From Folioceros fuciformis (taxonomy: Eukaryota): a stretch of 38,547 bases of DNA. Under the pieces are notes generated by a model that was not told where the DNA came from, made no database searches, and was given only the letters and a program-made list of their open reading frames with translations. This document shows, in pieces, positions 33,101 through 38,547 of the stretch (position 1 is its first letter; every line of letters starts with the position of its first letter). The stretch lies in the NCBI GenBank assembly GCA_049999805.1, contig JBNGIO010006333.1, forward strand, positions 1 through 38,547, written 5' to 3'. A program made the position numbers and the translations under genes.

Positions 33101-34799
33101 GTCATCCTCAAAAACGATGAAATAGCGAGCTCCTCCCCAGGATTGCACTGACATTGGTCCGCATATATCTATATGGACCAGGTCCAGACTTTGAGTTGCT
33201 TTCCTGGGATTTCCACTGCCAAAGTGTGACTTGAATTGCTTGCCATGAACATAAGCAATGCAGAGTTCCAGGTCAGGTAAGTCACTGTCAGTGAACCTAG
33301 TGACCATCTTCTCCTTCAGCAATCGCCTCATTGCTTTTATATTTGGATGCCCAAGTCTGCAATGCCACTTGAATGCATTGCTAACTGAAAGCTTGGCATC
33401 AGCCATATGTGCTTGTGCAGGATACTTGTCAGGAACGAAGTCTAGGAGATACAAGTCATAAAGAGGCTTGCCACGTGCAAGCACTGCTGAGTCTGAAAGA
33501 CGTGAGATCACACACTCCGCTCCTTCAAACGTTATTCTGTACAGACTTGTCTTGCCAAGTGCCATCGTGCTCACCAAGTTTTTAGCAAGCTAAGGTACAT
33601 GCAAAGCCATCTCCAAGTGTAAAGTTCCTCCTCCTGATAGGTACACCTCTACTGAACCATAACCCTTAATTGGGATTTCAGAGTTGTCTCCTAAAGACAC
33701 TGTGGACTTGTGACATTGTGGTGTTAGATTATATGTCACAAAATGCTTCCTTTGAGCACACATATGATTGGATGCTCCATTGTCCAGAAACCATTGATGA
33801 GCAGCTGAACAAGAAACAGAACTCAGGCAAGCAACTAGCAACCCCGGTGTGGAGGTTCTGGCTGTATTCCCTTCAGCATGTTTTCCTTTTGCTACTTCAT
33901 CTGCCTTTCTTTTTCTGCAGTCCTTGACCCAGTTAATCACAGTAATTGCATCTTCCAGGTTTCTTCCCACCTTGAGAACCGGAAGCAACTTTCCCAGAAT
34001 TGGATGGCTGCTGATGAAAGGACTGGCCACCTCGACCACGTCCATCTCTTCCGTGTCCTCGACCCCTACCACGTCCTCTCCCTCTGCCGGAGAAGAGTGC
34101 AGTGTCACTTTGCTTGTGAGAATTTCCAGAACTGGATCCACCTCTCATGTGCTTTCTATTTGCTTCAGCTTGTAGAAGAGCACCAACTAACTTCTGGACA
34201 GTGAGATTGGTTACTCCAGGTGTGGTTGCCGTTGCTGGCGTTACAGTTGCCGTGGCCTGAATGCTGGAGCTCCACTGTTCGTAACTGGGAGGAAGACTCA
34301 TCAAGAACAACACAGCTGCTCTTCCTTCTGAGAAGATTACTCCACAAGAAGCAAGCCTAGCACGGGCTGCTCGCCATCTAGCCACATGGCTCTCGACAGA
34401 ATCAGTTTCCTTCATCCTCAAGTTGTTGAAATGTCGAGTAGCAGCAACCTCATTAATTACGTCCTTTGCCTCATATGTGTCAAAAAGCAAGGACCAAACT
34501 TCATGCGCATGCTTGGTTGATCTGATATGTGGAATCATTTCTTGTGATACGGATCCCACAAGAATTGTTCGAGCCTTTCGATCCTTATGATCCCACTCCA
34601 GTTGTTCTTTCATGGTCCACAGCTTCTTATTAACACCACCTGGTGTAAGAGAGCCAGAGTCCTCTCCAGCAATTCGCTGAGGTATAGTTCCATATGTGAC
34701 ATCCATTAAAAGTTTCTCCTCTAGAATACACTTCACCCTAAATGACCAGGCATCATAATTGGTCAAGGTGAGTCGATCCTTGTCTTGCAGTCTATCAAA

Positions 34800-36540
34800 T
34801 CATCCACATAGACAGCCATATAGCAAACCACTTCATTCTTTTTGTAGACATACAAGTTACCATCAGCCTTACATTTTATAAAGCTTAAAGTTTGAAGCTC
34901 TTCATCCAGTGCTTCGTTCCACTTTAGAGTTGACTGTTTAAGGCCATATAAAGTCTTCTTCAGACGTAAAATATGATCCTCCTTTCCTTTAACCTCATAC
35001 CCTGGGGGCTGCTGCATGTAGATTTCTGTGTCGAGCTTCCCATGAAGGAAAGTAGTCTTCACATCAAACATCTGCAGCTCATAGTCTTTGTATGCGGCCA
35101 CTGCGCAGAGCGTTCGAAAGGTCGCCATCTTTACAACAGGTGCATAAGTCTCAAAGTAGTCAAGGCCAGGTACTTGGGAGAACCCTTGAGCAACAAGCCG
35201 AGCTTTACACGTATCAAAAGTACCATTTGCTTTCACTTTAAGCTTGAATGCTCCTTTGCAAGATACCATTTTTCGACTAGGAGGTAGTTCAGCAAGTTCC
35301 CATGTGCCATTTTTAATCAGTGAATCATACTCTGACTGTATGGCTCTTTTCCATTTTGCTGAATCAGGTCTGCGAAGGGCTTCTTCTTAGGACTTTGGTT
35401 CCATGGGAAGAGAAGAAGCTGTATGAGCTTGTGTCCGAAAGTCATGTGACTAATAATAATCAGGAGCATGATGCACCCTGGTAGGGTAACGACGCTCAAG
35501 GGGTGGCTCAAGCACTTCTTCAATTTTGGGAGGAATTGTAGCTGCATCACCAGGATCCAAGGTCAAATTGTCAGTAGTATGCTCATGATGGTGCTCTTGT
35601 ATAACCTCAGCAGGTAAATTTTCAGCTGATACATTCTCCTCCACAGGTTCAGCTGCAATTGTAGGTTCAACATCATCTTCCCCACCTATAGGAGTAGCAT
35701 CCTTATGGGGAGAATCCTCAAAGTATGAAACAGCTGGAAGTGCTGAGTCATCATCAAAAGCATCTAGAGTGACCCCACCTGACTAAGAAACTCCCACTAC
35801 CCAAGGAACCTTTTCATCAAAGGTAACCCTCCTAGAATAAATCACCTTGACCTTGGGCACATAATAAAGTTTGTAGGCTTTAATCCCTTTAGTATAGCCT
35901 AGCATCATCAACTTCTGTGCTTTGTCTAAGAGCTTCTTACGTTTCTCCTTAGGAATAAAGGAATAAGCTACACAGCCAAAGGTACAAAGGTGAAGAATAG
36001 AGAGCTTACGTCCACAAAACGTCTCATGAGGAGTCATCCCTTCAACTGCATTAGTAGGCAATTTATTATGTAGGTAAACTCCTGTAGACAGTGCTTTTGC
36101 CCAATAAGGTAAAGGGAGGGGAGCATGATGAAGTAAGGAGGATGTCATTTCCTGCAAGAAGCATTCCCTCTTAGCCTAAAGAATATAAGCAGTAACAAAA
36201 CATGTCTTGTCATCTATGAAGGTGAGAAAATATCTCCCACCACCTAACGAAGGCTGTGATTAAGGTTTACACAAATCAATGTGAACAAGCTCTAAGACAT
36301 CAGAAGCTCAATGTGGATTCTAATTTTTAAAAGTATCTTGGTGCCGCTTAGAAAGGACACATGATTCACATAGAGGTAAAGGGACCAAAGGTCCAGTAGG
36401 CCCATCAGCATAAAGGTTGTTTATAGCTAACTTTTATAATTTTGTACTATGTGGATGGCCAAGCCTAGCATGCCACAGCTGACTCTTAGCAATTTGCTGT
36501 GCAGAGGCTAAAGAAGTGTCTTGTGTAAGGTGAGAAACTG
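34800..36540 (-). mobile_element. Copia A integrase and N-terminal RT remnant (inverted half)
   Basis: LWHARLGH, CESC, LELVHIDLC, RYFLTFIDD, YWAKAL, FGCVAYSFIP, KARLVAQGFSQ, FDVKTTFLHG, YGLKQ, YVDD. Several stops and an internal deletion in the integrase core. Confidence 0.9.
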
Positions 36541-36544
36541 CATA

Positions 36545-37445
36545 TGTGACTTCAGAAAGGTACTTCCTATTGCCTCTCAATGTCTTTCGTCCAAGTATCC
36601 GAAAAACACCTTTAGTTGGCCGAAAGCCTTCTCGACAACTATGCGGGTAGATAACAACATGTAGTTGAACCTATGCACTTTTTCCTGTAAGCCATAGCTT
36701 GGTATTGCCGATATCAGCCATAGCAATGTAATGTATCCAGAGTCCCCTATGATGTATTCTCCCACATTCGTTTCCACTAGCCGGATAGTTGGCCCATTGA
36801 AACCTTGCTAAGAATTCAATAGACCATAGAACACATTGTTGGCTAAAATTCTTTGATCAATTAGGCTTCCTAACCAACCTGTAGAGATGTTCAATTTCTT
36901 TTTGGTTGGCCCCACTATGGCCTGCATTGCCATGGTACATGCTCTGTACTTGCCAAAGCATGTAAGACGGTCTTCTCCTCCTCCAAGCTCCACATAAAAA
37001 TGTATCACGTCTATAGCTCCACAACAATTGGAGAGTCCTTTCTTAGCGTTAAACCCCTATTTCACTCTTAACAGCTCCATCTTCATGCACTCCATCTCTA
37101 CAAATAATTGCAATCACGAACCTTCTCACAATCCTGTGCACCGTCGAAGTGCCTACTGCAAAGCTCTTACCTAATGATAGCAATGTATCCCTAGTTGCTA
37201 GGCATCTTACTATAATTCCCACTTGTAACTCAATAAACATTACTCTACCTGGGATACCCACAAAGCTAGGGATAGCAGTCCAAGCTAAATCCTCATGTAC
37301 AAAGTCACAAAGATATTGGAAAGCAAGCGAAGAGAATATGAAAAACCTATGAAAATGTGCAAGGTAAGACAACCCAACTTCACACTCGAAGAGTTGCCAC
37401 ATTTGCTTGCATCTCGGCTTCATGTACCATAGCCTGCGCTTCCAT
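36545..37445 (-). mobile_element. PIF/Harbinger-type DDE transposase pseudogene
   Basis: RRLWYMKPR, FQYLCDFV, LATRDT..FAVGTSTV, CCGAID, MQAIV, GWLGSLIDQRIL, IIGDSGY, RFNYMLLSTRIVVEKAFGQLK, in the order expected for Harbinger transposases; broken by stops and frameshifts. Confidence 0.88.
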
Positions 37446-38269
37446 GAAGGAATCCCCTTGACAATTCAGCTACATGGTCATTGTGGAGTGATTTCCTGCA
37501 CCCAAGAACCACCCAAGGGCCACACATCCCCTTCTTGTCGTTGCAGTCTTGTGGTTCGCTCCCAAGGAAGTGAACTAGTGCCAAGGAACGCTACCTATCA
37601 CACTTCTACCTATCAGCCGGTCTATAGGCCAGACCATACACTCACAACAAAAAGACTAGAAGCCTAGCCTATCCCCCAAGTCAGCTCACACATCTCACAC
37701 TCCTGTTCTTCAGTCCTTCAGCCCTTCATGATTCCCGCTTCAGTCCTTTCTCCTTCACCTCAGCTCTTCAAGATTCTCACTTCAGTCCCTTCCTCTTCAC
37801 TTCAGTCCCCCACCCTTCACTTCAACACACACTCCTGCACTTTAGCAACTCACTCTTCACTTCTATGCATTTCACCCCAACTCTTCCTCTCTTTTCTTCA
37901 GCTACCCCTTGGAAATTGGGACACAATGGCTTCACTCCCTGCAGCCTTCAAGCATAGTGTGGATACTAGGACTGGATAGCCCTCTAGCTCACGGTCCTGT
38001 TTCTTCACTTCAGCCAACCTGCGAATCATGCAGCCCTTGCGGATCCGGCCACACGGATCTTGACAGTCTTGGGATCTCCACGTTCCCCTAGTGGCAAGGG
38101 AAATCAGGACCTTGGTTCGATCTCAACCGGCTCAGCGCCCTAAGCTAGGAGTTCTGCACATAAGGTCCGGGGACATCACACCGTAGACCGCCCCTCTCTT
38201 AATGGAAGGTCTCCCCTCTTATACTGCCTAGCCCTCATCTTTGTCTACTAGGGTTAACCTGAGTCAACT

Positions 38270-38547
38270 ACCTAACCATCTCTCTCTCTGACCTAAACCA
38301 TCCTACATCCAGTTCTGACCTAAACCTAACCTAGGTCTGACCTAAACCTAACCTACCTAACCCTAACCCTAAACCTAACCTAACCCTAAACCCTAAACCC
38401 TAAATTCTGACCTAGACCTAACCCTAATCTAGGCCTGCCTAGACCGAACCTAGGTCTGACCTAAACCTAACCTACGTCTGATCTAAACCTAACCTAGGTC
38501 TGACCTAGACCTAACCCTAATGTAGGCCTGCCTAGACCTAACCTAGG
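38270..38547. repeat. Telomere-like degenerate satellite running off the window end
   Basis: Three perfect CCCTAAA at 38384-38404 plus CCCTAA, CCTAA and CCTAAA variants, embedded in repeated 22-bp TGACCTAAACCTAACCTAGGTC units. Confidence 0.85.

Larger units (their letters stand above)
29175..34799 (-). mobile_element. Ty1/copia element C nested in the RNase H of A; 5' LTR and PBS deleted; degenerate gag-PR-INT-RT-RH
   Basis: Gag NYDAWSFRV; PR WFLDNGASNHMC; INT WHCRLGH, VHIDICGP, NGRAERRHRT, FGSIAYAHIP; RT KWVFKLK, YKARLVARGF, QMDVK, YGLKQ, YVDD; RH WSSKKQSTV, STEAEY, DNQSA. Polypurine tract GAGAGGGGG at 29370-29362. Confidence 0.93.

Noticed and set aside
36577-37423. Domesticated ALP1/HARBI1-like host gene
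   Set aside because: Multiple stops and frameshifts without splice-site rescue, and a truncated 3' end.
37450-38260. Pyrimidine-rich tract with CTTCA repeats as a distinct element or gene
   Set aside because: Compositional bias is visible, but no termini, ORF family or second copy allows a call.

Overview
Eukaryotic (land-plant, intron-containing) genomic DNA in two parts. The GC-rich genic half (1-18 kb) carries a G-type lectin S-domain receptor-like kinase with a 100-N assembly gap and degenerate catalytic motifs, a secreted STIG1-like cysteine-rich protein, and three GT92/GALS-like glycosyltransferase paralogs with four identically placed introns. The AT-richer half (18-38.5 kb) is a transposon nest around an intronless HCF152-like PPR gene. 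The main structural result is one Ty1/copia element (209-bp LTRs, GACAA target-site duplication, tRNA-iMet PBS) split in two by an apparent ~14-kb inversion (~22.3-36.55 kb) that also flipped the PPR gene. A second copia is nested in its RNase H region. Both copias carry decayed extra ORFs: 3' antisense ORFs in both, plus a sense ORF upstream of gag in the first. A PIF/Harbinger transposase remnant and a telomere-like satellite end the window. All family assignments come from motif recognition by eye; no database searches were run, and the species cannot be determined from the sequence.
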